A stretch of 64,000 bases of DNA from an uncultured Candidatus Saccharibacteria bacterium. GTDB taxonomy: Bacteria; Patescibacteriota; Dojkabacteria; J137. A model generated the notes under the pieces. It was given only the letters and a program-made list of their open reading frames with translations, did not search any database and was not told the origin of the DNA. The stretch is taken from contig OZ246402.1 of the NCBI GenBank assembly GCA_965230975.1, positions 229,771-293,770 on the forward strand, read 5' to 3'. The position numbers and the translations under genes are program-made. Of this stretch, positions 41,544 through 50,552 are shown piece by piece (within the stretch, counting starts at the first letter, position 1; each line of letters starts with the position of its first letter).

Positions 41544-41669
41544 AAAATATTCAAATAGATTCAGTTAATTCTAATATCTATTTATATAAAATCCAAATAG
41601 AAATATAATAACTGGTACTTTTTGAAAGTAACGTTTCCATTCTTGTTGGATTCATATTAATATATACAC

Positions 41670-42455
41670 ATGGAGAATAGATTTACATTAATACCGGTAG
41701 TAAATGCCCAAGACCTTGACTCTTTGGCCCAACCAACATTTGGAAATATAAATGTTGGTTCTCAAACTGGCTCGGTTGCTACAGTCCTTTTGAGTTCTAC
41801 AAGTACATCTACCCAGGTGGGGCAAAAATTTAAAGTTAGTGTAGAGCTTAAGACAAGCGAGCAACAAATTAACGAGTATAAAATTGCTATAGACTTTGAC
41901 CCTACAAAGCTAACGGTAGTTGATCAAGATAGTGTAACTGCAGGAACGCAAGTAAAGCTTTTAGATACGGTATTTAGTGTTTCTAACCCCCAAGTTAACA
42001 ATACAGTTTCTTCTACAGGGCGAATTACGCTAATAGCAAATACTCCAAGTGGAAATGGTTTCTCTGTAAACAAAAGCATAATAGAAATTGAATTCCAGGC
42101 ACAAACAATTGGTGCTGCAAGTATAAAGGTTGCTCAGGGTTCTACGGGTACTCAGCTTACAAGAACAAATGGAACTGCACTGACATTTACTCCAAACGAA
42201 CTATCGGTACAAATAAGCGCACAATCTACAAGTGGAAACACAAACACTGGTGGCAATACAAATACGGGAGGAAATACAAATACGGGTAGTACGGGTGGAA
42301 ATACAGGTTCTACAGGTGGAACAAGCGTACCTTCTACAATCCCAAATACAGCAATTACAGACGATATGCCATATTTACCATTAGTAGCTGGAGTTGTTAT
42401 GGTGGGAGTTGGTATATCTCTTTTGAAGGGTAGGCCTACAAAGAATAATCTGTGA
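41670..42455 (+). CDS. Cohesin-like surface protein with G/T/N linker and sortase-like IPNTA-TM tail
   Basis: VGQ.F.V.V, FDPTKL; IPNTA + hydrophobic helix + KGRP. Confidence 0.7.
   Translation: MENRFTLIPVVNAQDLDSLAQPTFGNINVGSQTGSVATVLLSSTSTSTQVGQKFKVSVELKTSEQQINEYKIAIDFDPTKLTVVDQDSVTAGTQVKLLDTVFSVSNPQVNNTVSSTGRITLIANTPSGNGFSVNKSIIEIEFQAQTIGAASIKVAQGSTGTQLTRTNGTALTFTPNELSVQISAQSTSGNTNTGGNTNTGGNTNTGSTGGNTGSTGGTSVPSTIPNTAITDDMPYLPLVAGVVMVGVGISLLKGRPTKNNL
42233..42318 (+). repeat. Coding tandem repeat (GGNTNT)n linker
   Basis: GNTNTGGNTNTGGNTNTGSTGGNTGSTG. Confidence 0.8.
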
Positions 42456-42589
42456 AATTCTATTTGAATCTTCTTAAATTTTTATACTTTGTGTAAAAAC
42501 CTCAGATAATTAGATAGATATTGAAAAAACTGATTGTTTAAACGAAACTTTTTTGTTAAAATACTGAGCTTGATTCCGGGAACGAAATT

Positions 42590-42859
42590 ATGAATAACCA
42601 ACCACAAAAGAGATTTTTTGAAATAGAAGGTGTTGTAATGGCAGCTCTTCCAGAACTTAGATTCGTTGTAGAGGTAGAGTATAGGGGTATTAAGCACAAG
42701 GTAAATTGCCATGTATCAGGCAAAATGAAAACAAGATTTATAAGTTTAGAGGTAGGAGATAAAGTTAGAATTCAAATATCTTTAGACGACATTAATAAAG
42801 GAATAATAACCAGAAGACTGACAATGCGAAATGTAAAAGTTGGACCAGAGTCAGTTTAG
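42590..42859 (+). CDS. infA: Translation initiation factor IF-1
   Basis: EGVV..ALP, HVSGKM, GDKV, KG.I..R. Confidence 0.93.
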   Translation: MNNQPQKRFFEIEGVVMAALPELRFVVEVEYRGIKHKVNCHVSGKMKTRFISLEVGDKVRIQISLDDINKGIITRRLTMRNVKVGPESV

Positions 42860-42947
42860 ATATTTACTAAATAGGTCATATCTGGTATAAATAGCGAACT
42901 TTTTAAGAGCTATTTTTATTTATAAATGGCCACAACATTTTTGAAAT

Positions 42948-43100
42948 ATGAAAGTAAAAGCAAGTATTAAAAAAAGATGTAATGATTGTTACATCGTAAA
43001 AAGAAACAAGATCAAGGTTGAAAGTGGCAAGGTCACAATTAAACCAACATATTACGTATATTGCAAAACAAACCCTAAACACAAACAAAGACAGGGGTAA
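42948..43100 (+). CDS. rpmJ: 50S ribosomal protein L36 (50 aa, with insertion)
   Basis: [19 protein letters not shown]...[15 protein letters not shown]; below ORF-track cutoff. Confidence 0.95.
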   Translation: MKVKASIKKRCNDCYIVKRNKIKVESGKVTIKPTYYVYCKTNPKHKQRQG

Positions 43101-43130
43101 TAATAATTAAATATAAATTAAACTTATAAC

Positions 43131-43514
43131 ATGGCAAGATTAGTAGGAGTAGAAATACCAAACGAAAAAAGAGTAGAAGTAGCACTTACATATATTTATG
43201 GTATAGGTCTTCCAACTTCACAAGAGATTTTAAAAGCTACAAATATTAATCCAGATACTAGAGTTAAAGATTTAAAAGATACTGACATTAGAAAGTTATA
43301 CGAATATATTGATGCAAACATTCCAACAGAAGGTCAGGTAAAACAAAAAAACTTTTTGGCAATTAAAAGATTGAAAGACATTAGGGCGTTTAGAGGAATT
43401 AGACATAAGGTAGGTTTACCTGTAAGAGGTCAAAACACTAGAACAAACGCAAGAACTAGAAAAGGCAAATCTGCTGCAGTGGGCGGATTAAAAATTAAAT
43501 TAGCAAAGAAATAA
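43131..43514 (+). CDS. rpsM: 30S ribosomal protein S13
   Basis: [27 protein letters not shown]. Confidence 0.97.
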   Translation: MARLVGVEIPNEKRVEVALTYIYGIGLPTSQEILKATNINPDTRVKDLKDTDIRKLYEYIDANIPTEGQVKQKNFLAIKRLKDIRAFRGIRHKVGLPVRGQNTRTNARTRKGKSAAVGGLKIKLAKK

Positions 43515-43552
43515 TATTTATTTAATAAATCGCTAAGCGAAACTGTAACAAA

Positions 43553-43963
43553 ATGGCAAAAGCACAAAAACCAACAACAAAAACAACAGAAAAAAAGAAG
43601 AAAAAGTTGAAACTAGCATCACCAAAGGTGCTTGCAACAATTAATTCTACTTATAACAACACTATTGTTAGTATTACTGATTACTCTGGTAATGTAATTG
43701 CGCAAAGTAGTTGTGGTAAAGTTGGTTTTGCAGGTAGCAAAAAAAGCACACCTTACGCAGCAACAAAAGCTGGAGAAGATGCAGCTATTAAGGCTATAGA
43801 GGTTGGTGCAAGAGAAGCAGAAGTTATTATTAAAGGAATTGGAGTTGGTAGACAAGCAGCAGTTAAAGGTATAAGAACTGCAGGTTTAAGAATCACTTTG
43901 TTGGCAGATAGAACATCTGTACCACATGGTGGATGTAAACCAAGAAAAGTACCTAAGAAATAA
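43553..43963 (+). CDS. rpsK: 30S ribosomal protein S11
   Basis: NNTIV, KSTPYAA, PHGGC. Confidence 0.97.
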   Translation: MAKAQKPTTKTTEKKKKKLKLASPKVLATINSTYNNTIVSITDYSGNVIAQSSCGKVGFAGSKKSTPYAATKAGEDAAIKAIEVGAREAEVIIKGIGVGRQAAVKGIRTAGLRITLLADRTSVPHGGCKPRKVPKK

Positions 43964-44082
43964 ATAAACAGTTTATTGTTCAGTTAACCCGGAGCATTAA
44001 ACAGTAGATTAAAAATTAATTTAATTTAGTATCAATTACAAACAAATTGAATTTTGTAATTTGAATTTAAAACTTAAATAGT

Positions 44083-44685
44083 ATGGCACGATATACAGGA
44101 CCAAAGTGGAAAATCAATAGAAGAGAAAACGCAACAGTTTTAGGACATGGAGAAAAATGGAAAAGAAGACCAACATTACCTGGTCAATTCCCAATACTTA
44201 AGAAAAGACCTTCAGATTACGCAATTCAATTTAGAGAAAAGCAAAAAGTAAAAAGAATGTACGGAATGACAGAAAAGCAATTCGTAAGATTCTATAAGCT
44301 TGCTACAAAATCTCCCGGAAACACAAGTACAAGGTTATTACAACTATTAGAACTTAGAGCAGATAATGTATTATTCAAATTAGGTTTTGCATTAACAAGA
44401 GCTCAGGCAAGACAAATGATTAGTCACGGCCACATTTTATTAAACGGTAAAAAACATGATGTTCCATCTGCAATATTAAGTGTTGGAGATGAAGTTACAT
44501 TAGTAGCAGAAGGACAATTTAAATCTTACATCGGAGAATTAGAAAAACAAAATAAAACTTTCCAAGTTCCAGCATGGTTATCAAAATTGGAGTTAGGTGG
44601 CAAAGTTGCATCAGAACCAACAAGAGATCAAATGGATCAATCAATTAAGGAAAGACTTATTGTGGAACTTTACTCTAGAAAATAA
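44083..44685 (+). CDS. rpsD: 30S ribosomal protein S4
   Basis: MARYTGP, EKQK, ARQMISHGH, VELYSR. Confidence 0.97.
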   Translation: MARYTGPKWKINRRENATVLGHGEKWKRRPTLPGQFPILKKRPSDYAIQFREKQKVKRMYGMTEKQFVRFYKLATKSPGNTSTRLLQLLELRADNVLFKLGFALTRAQARQMISHGHILLNGKKHDVPSAILSVGDEVTLVAEGQFKSYIGELEKQNKTFQVPAWLSKLELGGKVASEPTRDQMDQSIKERLIVELYSRK

Positions 44686-44691
44686 AATTTT

Positions 44692-44714
44692 AATCCCGTT
44701 AGTTAACGGGATAT
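44692..44714 (+). terminator. Hairpin between rpsD and rpoA (weak terminator or processing site)
   Basis: ATCCCGTT-AGTT-AACGGGAT. Confidence 0.45.
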
Positions 44715-44736
44715 TATTAACTATTAAGAAAACAAA

Positions 44737-45714
44737 ATGATATCTTTAAATGAATTTGTAGTAAAAAGAGTATCAGAAAAGGAAAATTCAGCAACTTTTG
44801 CAGTAGGTCCACTTCCAAAAGGATATGGTCATACTTTAGGTAACTTCTTAAGAAGGATATTACTATCTTCAATTCCAGGTTCTGCTATTACAGCAGTAAA
44901 AATTGATGGGGTTCAACATGAATACTCTACAATGTCTGGGGTTCCAGACGATGTCTTAGCAATATTACTTTCTATAAAGAATGTAGTTGTAGCATCTAAA
45001 ACATTGGAGCCAGTAACATTAAAAATTGATGTTAAGGGTAAAGATGGTCAAGTTGTAGAAGTTAAAGCAGGTGATTTTGATCAAGACTCAAATGTAGAGA
45101 TTATTAACCCTGAATACGTTATTACAAAATTAACTAGCTCTAAAGCTAAATTTTCTGCAGAAATTACTGTAGAGAGAGGTGCAGGATATACATTACCTAA
45201 AGAGGAATTAAGAAAAGAAATTTCAGTATTACCTTTGGATGCTTCTTTTACACCTATCAGATTGGTTAACTATATAGTTACATCTGCCAGAGTTGGTAAA
45301 GAAACTGATTTAGACCAATTAGAACTTTCAATAGAAACTAATGGTTCTTTAAAACCAGAAGAGGCATTACACATTGCAGCAGATACTATTAATCAAATGA
45401 CAGCACATTTAAAAGGATTAACAGAAACCCTACTTTCTGGAGATGAAATTGCTGTAAGCTTAAATGAGCAACAAAAAAAGACAAGAGTTAAGCAAGCTAT
45501 GGAAGAAGAAGATGAGGCTAAAACACCAATTAAGGTTGTAGATCTTAATCTTTCAACTAGATTAACTAACTCATTGTTAAAATCAGGTTACGATGACCTA
45601 AGAAAATTAGAAGGAATGACAGAAGAGGAACTATCAAATATTAGAGGAATGGGAAGCAAGTCATTTATAGAATTGCTAGATGTTTTAAAAAAACACAATA
45701 TCAAATTAATTTAA
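44737..45714 (+). CDS. rpoA: RNA polymerase alpha subunit
   Basis: GYGHTLGNFLRRILLSS, alpha-CTD LSTRLTNSL. Confidence 0.97.
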   Translation: MISLNEFVVKRVSEKENSATFAVGPLPKGYGHTLGNFLRRILLSSIPGSAITAVKIDGVQHEYSTMSGVPDDVLAILLSIKNVVVASKTLEPVTLKIDVKGKDGQVVEVKAGDFDQDSNVEIINPEYVITKLTSSKAKFSAEITVERGAGYTLPKEELRKEISVLPLDASFTPIRLVNYIVTSARVGKETDLDQLELSIETNGSLKPEEALHIAADTINQMTAHLKGLTETLLSGDEIAVSLNEQQKKTRVKQAMEEEDEAKTPIKVVDLNLSTRLTNSLLKSGYDDLRKLEGMTEEELSNIRGMGSKSFIELLDVLKKHNIKLI

Positions 45715-45733
45715 ATAAGTTTAGTTAGATAGA

Positions 45734-46231
45734 ATGAATAAGGGAGTAAAAAAATACAAGATGTCGGGAAAAAAGAGCTCTCATAGAGATTCAGTAATTA
45801 CATCTCTTATGATTGAACTTATCAGGGCTGAAAAAATTAAAACTACACCAACTAAAGCAAAAATTGTAAAAGCAGAGTTTGACAAATTGGTTACAAAAGC
45901 CAAAAAGAACACTGAAGCAAGTAAAAGACTTGTAGAAGCATATTTTGGTTCTAAGCAAGTTGTTGTAAACAAGCTTTACAAAATCGTAGGTGATAAGTTG
46001 CAAGATAGAAATTCTGGTTATACATATTCTGCAAGATCTCTACCAAGAAAAGGAGATAATGCACAACAAATGTATGTTATGATCGTTAATTCAGAGATTA
46101 AAGAAAAGAAAAGTAGGTTACAAAAAGCTCTTGAAAAAAGAGAAGAGGTGCAAGAAGAAAAATCAGTAGCAGGTAGAATTAAAAAAGCTGTAGGTTCAAA
46201 ACCTGCAAAAAAAGCTAAAAAGGAAGAGTAA
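45734..46231 (+). CDS. rplQ: 50S ribosomal protein L17 with basic C-terminal extension
   Basis: IKTT..KAK, R.SGYT, RKGDNA. Confidence 0.93.
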   Translation: MNKGVKKYKMSGKKSSHRDSVITSLMIELIRAEKIKTTPTKAKIVKAEFDKLVTKAKKNTEASKRLVEAYFGSKQVVVNKLYKIVGDKLQDRNSGYTYSARSLPRKGDNAQQMYVMIVNSEIKEKKSRLQKALEKREEVQEEKSVAGRIKKAVGSKPAKKAKKEE

Positions 46232-46251
46232 TTAATAGTTATTTAGAAATT

Positions 46252-46698
46252 ATGAAAAGTATTACATCAGTAAAACAAAGTGATATTTTAGAAAAATGGT
46301 ACTTAATTGATGCCAGAGGAGCAAGAATTGGTAAATTAGCTTCTATTACTGCACAATTACTTCTTGGAAAGAATGATGTTTTAAAAAGAGACTATCATGA
46401 ACCAAAAACAAAAGTAGTTATTATTAATGCAGATAAGCTAGATATTACAGAAAAAAGAGGTATGACTAAATTTTACAAATCATACTCAGGTTTTCCAGGT
46501 GGTTTAAGATATGCGTCATTAAAAGATTTAAGTGTTAAACATCCAGAAAAACCAATAGAATCTGCTATCAAAGGAATGTTGCCAAGAACTAAAAGAGGAA
46601 AAGATATGATGGCTAATGTTAGAATTTATACAGGAGAGGAACATAAACACCAAGCTCAAGAACTTGAAAAAATTGATTTACAAACTTTTAATATATAA
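46252..46698 (+). CDS. rplM: 50S ribosomal protein L13
   Basis: WYLIDA, SGFPGG, AIKGMLP. Confidence 0.96.
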   Translation: MKSITSVKQSDILEKWYLIDARGARIGKLASITAQLLLGKNDVLKRDYHEPKTKVVIINADKLDITEKRGMTKFYKSYSGFPGGLRYASLKDLSVKHPEKPIESAIKGMLPRTKRGKDMMANVRIYTGEEHKHQAQELEKIDLQTFNI

Positions 46699-46714
46699 CC
46701 ATTAAGTGAATAAC

Positions 46715-47107
46715 ATGTCAGAATACGCATTTACAATCGGAAGAAGAAAAACATCAACAGTAAGCATGAGACTGTTTGGAACTGCTGGTAAAAGCACTTT
46801 AAACGATAAACCTTTAGAAAAGTACTATTTTTCTAAAACAGACACCATAAAGATTAATAAGCCATTTAATGCAGCAGAACTAAATCCAGCTGACTTTTAC
46901 TTTACAGCAAAATCAGTTGGTGGTGGAAGGGTTTCTCAACTAGAGGCTTTGATCCATGCATTATCTAGAGCAATTATCAAAAAGTTCCCTGAAAAGAAAA
47001 AAGCATTAAAAGATGCCGGATTATTAACAAGAGACCCAAGAATGGTAGAAAGAAAGAAACCAGGTTTAAGAAAAGCAAGAAAAGCAGAGCAGTACTCAAA
47101 ACGTTAA
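46715..47107 (+). CDS. rpsI: 30S ribosomal protein S9
   Basis: GRRK, LTRDPRMVERKKPG, QYSKR; ATG 46715 preferred. Confidence 0.96.
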   Translation: MSEYAFTIGRRKTSTVSMRLFGTAGKSTLNDKPLEKYYFSKTDTIKINKPFNAAELNPADFYFTAKSVGGGRVSQLEALIHALSRAIIKKFPEKKKALKDAGLLTRDPRMVERKKPGLRKARKAEQYSKR

Positions 47108-47129
47108 GATTAATTTCAGCTTTAATATC

Positions 47130-47159
47130 AAATCCCCCAATCAATTGGGGGATTTTTTT
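47130..47159 (+). terminator. Intrinsic terminator after rpsI
   Basis: AATCCCCCAA-TCAA-TTGGGGGATT followed by T-tract. Confidence 0.85.
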
Positions 47160-47160
47160 A

Positions 47161-47257
47161 ATTTGTGAGCCAATTTTTCAAATTGTGGGCTAAATTGAAA
47201 TTTCTTAATTATAAAATTTCAATTTGTAAGATTTTTGTAAGAAATTTGGAATAATAT
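47161..47257 (+). promoter_or_regulatory. Conserved promoter element copy B (yraN): TGTAAG-N5-TGTAAG-N10-TAATAT plus two upstream TTGTGRG boxes
   Basis: TGTAAG 47225-47230 and 47236-47241, TAATAT 47252-47257. Confidence 0.75.
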
Positions 47258-47262
47258 TAAGA

Positions 47263-47616
47263 GTGAATACAATTATTAAAGGCAGTTACTTTGAAATGAT
47301 AGCTGCAAATTATTTAAGAAGATATAACTACATATTACTTGATCATAACTTTCATTCTAAATTTGGAGAGCTAGATTTAGTAATGTTATTAAATAATGAA
47401 TATATTTTTATAGAAGTAAAAAGCTTGAATATTAATAGTGAATACTCTATATATCAAAGTTTCTCAAAACAAAAATATAATAGAGTAAACAAAACAGCGC
47501 AATACTGGTTAAGAAAACATAATTTGGAAAATAGTATTTATAGAATTGAATTTATAGGTATAATAAGCTATTTAGATAAATATTATTTAGAACATTTTAA
47601 ATATATAGACTTTTAA
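47263..47616 (+). CDS. yraN: YraN (UPF0102) family PD-(D/E)xK nuclease
   Basis: G...E..A..YL, GELDLV, FIEVK. Confidence 0.85.
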   Translation: MNTIIKGSYFEMIAANYLRRYNYILLDHNFHSKFGELDLVMLLNNEYIFIEVKSLNINSEYSIYQSFSKQKYNRVNKTAQYWLRKHNLENSIYRIEFIGIISYLDKYYLEHFKYIDF

Positions 47617-49851
47617 ATGAATAAATCAATCCAATTTTACGGGCCATTTTTTTCCAACTATAGCTATGCAAGAATTAGCAGGGGTTTAGCTTTTGGCATA
47701 AATAATCTAAATACTAATTACACAGCTTACTTTTCTGCTAATCCAGAAACAGTGGACTATTATCCATCCGAAAAAGATTTGGCAACTAAACCAGATATTA
47801 AAAATTTATTCAAGCCATATGGCTTTGAAAGCGATGTTGTAATTTATAATAACTATCCTAAAACAATAACCTCTTTAAATGGCTTAGATCAGTTGCCCGG
47901 TAAATTAAAGCTTATGTTTTTATCTTGGGAAGAAAGTACTTACCCAAAAGAGTGGGTAAATGAAATTAATGCAAATTTGCACGGCGTATTGGCTATAACT
48001 CAGTTTGTGAAAAATGTGCTTATAAAGTCAGGCGTTAAAGTTCCTATACAAGTTATTCCATTGGGGGTTAATCAGGATTGGTTCAAAAACACCCAAGCTA
48101 CTTACAAATTAAAAACAAGAAAGCAGATTAAATTCTATCATAATAGTACCGGAAAAAAACGCAAGGGGGTAGACCTGCTTATAAAGGCATACTTTGAATT
48201 GTTTACAAATCAAGATGACGTTTGTTTAGTTATAAAAACAACTCCACAAGTCGAAAACCAATTCCTACAATTAATTGACCAATATAAAAGTAAAACATCT
48301 CCAGAAATCGAATTAATAGTTAATGACCTTTCAGATGAAGAGATGGCAAGCCTTCAATCCCAAGTAAGCGCAAGTATATATCCGTCACGTGCTGAAGGGT
48401 TTGGAATCCCAGCTTTAGAGTCAATGCTTTTAGAAAAACCTGTAATTGTTACAAATTATGGTGGTTTCACAGACTTTTGTGATAACAATAATTCGTATTT
48501 AATTAATTGTAATGTTCAAAACATCGACCCAGCAGAAATACTTACTCCAGGTGCAAAGTGGGCAGAGCCGGATTTTGATCATTTAAAAACTTTAATTAAA
48601 AAAGTTTATAAAGCACTTACTAAAAAAGATTCTGTTGAGGGCAAAGAGCTTTTGAGTATTGTAGAAAACGGTAAAAAAACCGCGACTAATTTCAACTGGG
48701 ATAGTAGTGCCGATTTAGCTATAAAATTCATTAATCAAATATCTTCTTTACAAACCTTTAAAACCAAAAACTTTGGGGTTCTATCTTTCTTTAATGACGA
48801 AACTGGAATCGCCGATTACACCGAGGATCTATATAAATCAGTAGAATCATCTTTTAAAAAGTTCTACTATCTTTCTAATTCTGATTTGGCAGATAGAACA
48901 GCAAAAGATGCGTCTAATGTTATTAGGTGTTGGACAACAGGTGAATCAACTTTTGAACAGCTAATATCTTTTGTAAAAAAAGAAAAGCTAGATATAGTTC
49001 ATGTTCAGTATCATTCTGGATCAATGTTCCCCATAAAATCACTTGATTTACTTATAGAAAAACTTAAAGAGTTGAATATAGAATCATATTTGACTTTTCA
49101 TGCAGTAAGAGGTCCATCCTTTGATTTTATAAAAGAATCAAAAAACTTACTCAAATGGAACAAAATATTTATACATAATAAATCCGACTTTGAATATGCA
49201 AAAGAAAGTTTAAATAATGCTATAAGGCTACCTTTACCAACTGTAGTATTTAATAAAAGAAACAAGTTGAAACTTAAAAAAGAATTAGGTCTAGAAAATT
49301 ACCAATACATTTTTGCAACGCATGGATTACTGAATAAACACAAAAATATACCCCAAGTTATTAAGGCAATAAGCAATATTCTTAAAGACTATCCAAACAC
49401 CTTGTTTTTAGGATTAAACGCTGTAAGTGCCAATAATATTTATGCACAAAGTGAATATCAGGAATGTGTTGACCTTATTTCAACACTAAAAATGGAGACA
49501 AATGCATTTTTAATTACAAAGTTTTTAAGCGATGCAGAAATTGAAATTTTAATGCAAACTGTAGATGCTACAATCTTTGCTTATAATGACGTAGGTGAAT
49601 CTGCAAGTGCTTCAATAAACAAATCTTTAGCCAGTGGAGGGGTTACTATAGTAACAAATATAAACATGTTTATAGAATTTGATAAAGAAGTTTTAAGAAT
49701 TTCACAACCAAATGCAATTGAAATTGAAAAATCTTTAAGATTAGTAATAGAAGATGAGAATACTAAAGTTAAATTGCTAAAAGCTGCTGATGAGTATGTT
49801 AAAAACAATACATACGATAAAAGAGTAGTAGAAATGTTAAATATGTACTGA
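47617..49851 (+). CDS. Two-domain GT4 glycosyltransferase
   Basis: RKG.D.L, PSRAEGFGIPALE; second GT-B module with G.L..HK. Confidence 0.85.
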   Translation: MNKSIQFYGPFFSNYSYARISRGLAFGINNLNTNYTAYFSANPETVDYYPSEKDLATKPDIKNLFKPYGFESDVVIYNNYPKTITSLNGLDQLPGKLKLMFLSWEESTYPKEWVNEINANLHGVLAITQFVKNVLIKSGVKVPIQVIPLGVNQDWFKNTQATYKLKTRKQIKFYHNSTGKKRKGVDLLIKAYFELFTNQDDVCLVIKTTPQVENQFLQLIDQYKSKTSPEIELIVNDLSDEEMASLQSQVSASIYPSRAEGFGIPALESMLLEKPVIVTNYGGFTDFCDNNNSYLINCNVQNIDPAEILTPGAKWAEPDFDHLKTLIKKVYKALTKKDSVEGKELLSIVENGKKTATNFNWDSSADLAIKFINQISSLQTFKTKNFGVLSFFNDETGIADYTEDLYKSVESSFKKFYYLSNSDLADRTAKDASNVIRCWTTGESTFEQLISFVKKEKLDIVHVQYHSGSMFPIKSLDLLIEKLKELNIESYLTFHAVRGPSFDFIKESKNLLKWNKIFIHNKSDFEYAKESLNNAIRLPLPTVVFNKRNKLKLKKELGLENYQYIFATHGLLNKHKNIPQVIKAISNILKDYPNTLFLGLNAVSANNIYAQSEYQECVDLISTLKMETNAFLITKFLSDAEIEILMQTVDATIFAYNDVGESASASINKSLASGGVTIVTNINMFIEFDKEVLRISQPNAIEIEKSLRLVIEDENTKVKLLKAADEYVKNNTYDKRVVEMLNMY

Positions 49852-49906
49852 TATTACAATAAATTTATGTGATATAACCCAGTTCATATATTGTTAGTAA
49901 TTTACA

Positions 49907-50038
49907 ATGTCAACCTATTCTCCCCTAGAAATTGAACCTACAGATCATGGTTTACCAGAGCTAGGTAAAGACAAAGTTGCCCAGTTACAATCTACTCTTG
50001 AATTCTACCTTAATCTATTTCAATTATCACAGAGGTAA
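49907..50038 (+). CDS. Possible 43-aa small ORF or gene remnant
   Basis: MSTYSPLEIEPTDHGLPELGKDKVAQLQSTLEFYLNLFQLSQR fills the intergenic gap. Confidence 0.3.
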   Translation: MSTYSPLEIEPTDHGLPELGKDKVAQLQSTLEFYLNLFQLSQR

Positions 50039-50552
50039 ACTCTGCATCATCTATTTCTCCAGGTACCACTTGTAAGGCCAAGTCTTTCCCGCTTTTGTGA
50101 GCTTGTAAAAGAAACGTTTCGCTTAAGGAACCTTGCGTAGCTAAAATTTCCCACCCAGATGCAGGTAAATCTTTTTTATATAAATTAAATACCTCATCTG
50201 CAGGTTGTCCTGATTCATATCTTACTCCCATAACTCCATCATAGTTGTAGGTTGATATTTGACCGTGATCATAAATTTTTATTTCAGAAGGGAATTCTGA
50301 ACTAAGCTCTCCATAAGTATATTTGTCAGAACTTAGTGATTCTGGTTTGTAACTATTATCTTCTGTAATAATTGGTTTGTTTGGTGAAAGTAACTGTTCA
50401 AGATTTGTATATCGCAAAGCTATTATAAGCAAAATTACGGATATAATAATAAACCCAATTACAACACCTATTAAAATATTTAGTGGTCTTATTTGGGTCT
50501 TTCTAGGAAATAAATTGTCTTTAGCAGGTAAAGCTGAAGAGGTATTAGTCAT
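50010..50552 (-). CDS. Membrane-anchored hypothetical protein
   Basis: Single TM, FP.EI..Y, FY...L...GW-like motif. Confidence 0.7.
   Translation of the reverse strand: MTNTSSALPAKDNLFPRKTQIRPLNILIGVVIGFIIISVILLIIALRYTNLEQLLSPNKPIITEDNSYKPESLSSDKYTYGELSSEFPSEIKIYDHGQISTYNYDGVMGVRYESGQPADEVFNLYKKDLPASGWEILATQGSLSETFLLQAHKSGKDLALQVVPGEIDDAEFTSVIIEID

Noticed and set aside
42903-43088. 61-aa minus-strand ORF
   Set aside because: Shadow of rpmJ.
44031-44068. Resemblance of the rpsD spacer to element copy C
   Set aside because: Only short AT-rich words shared; lacks the tandem TGTAAG and the spaced -10.
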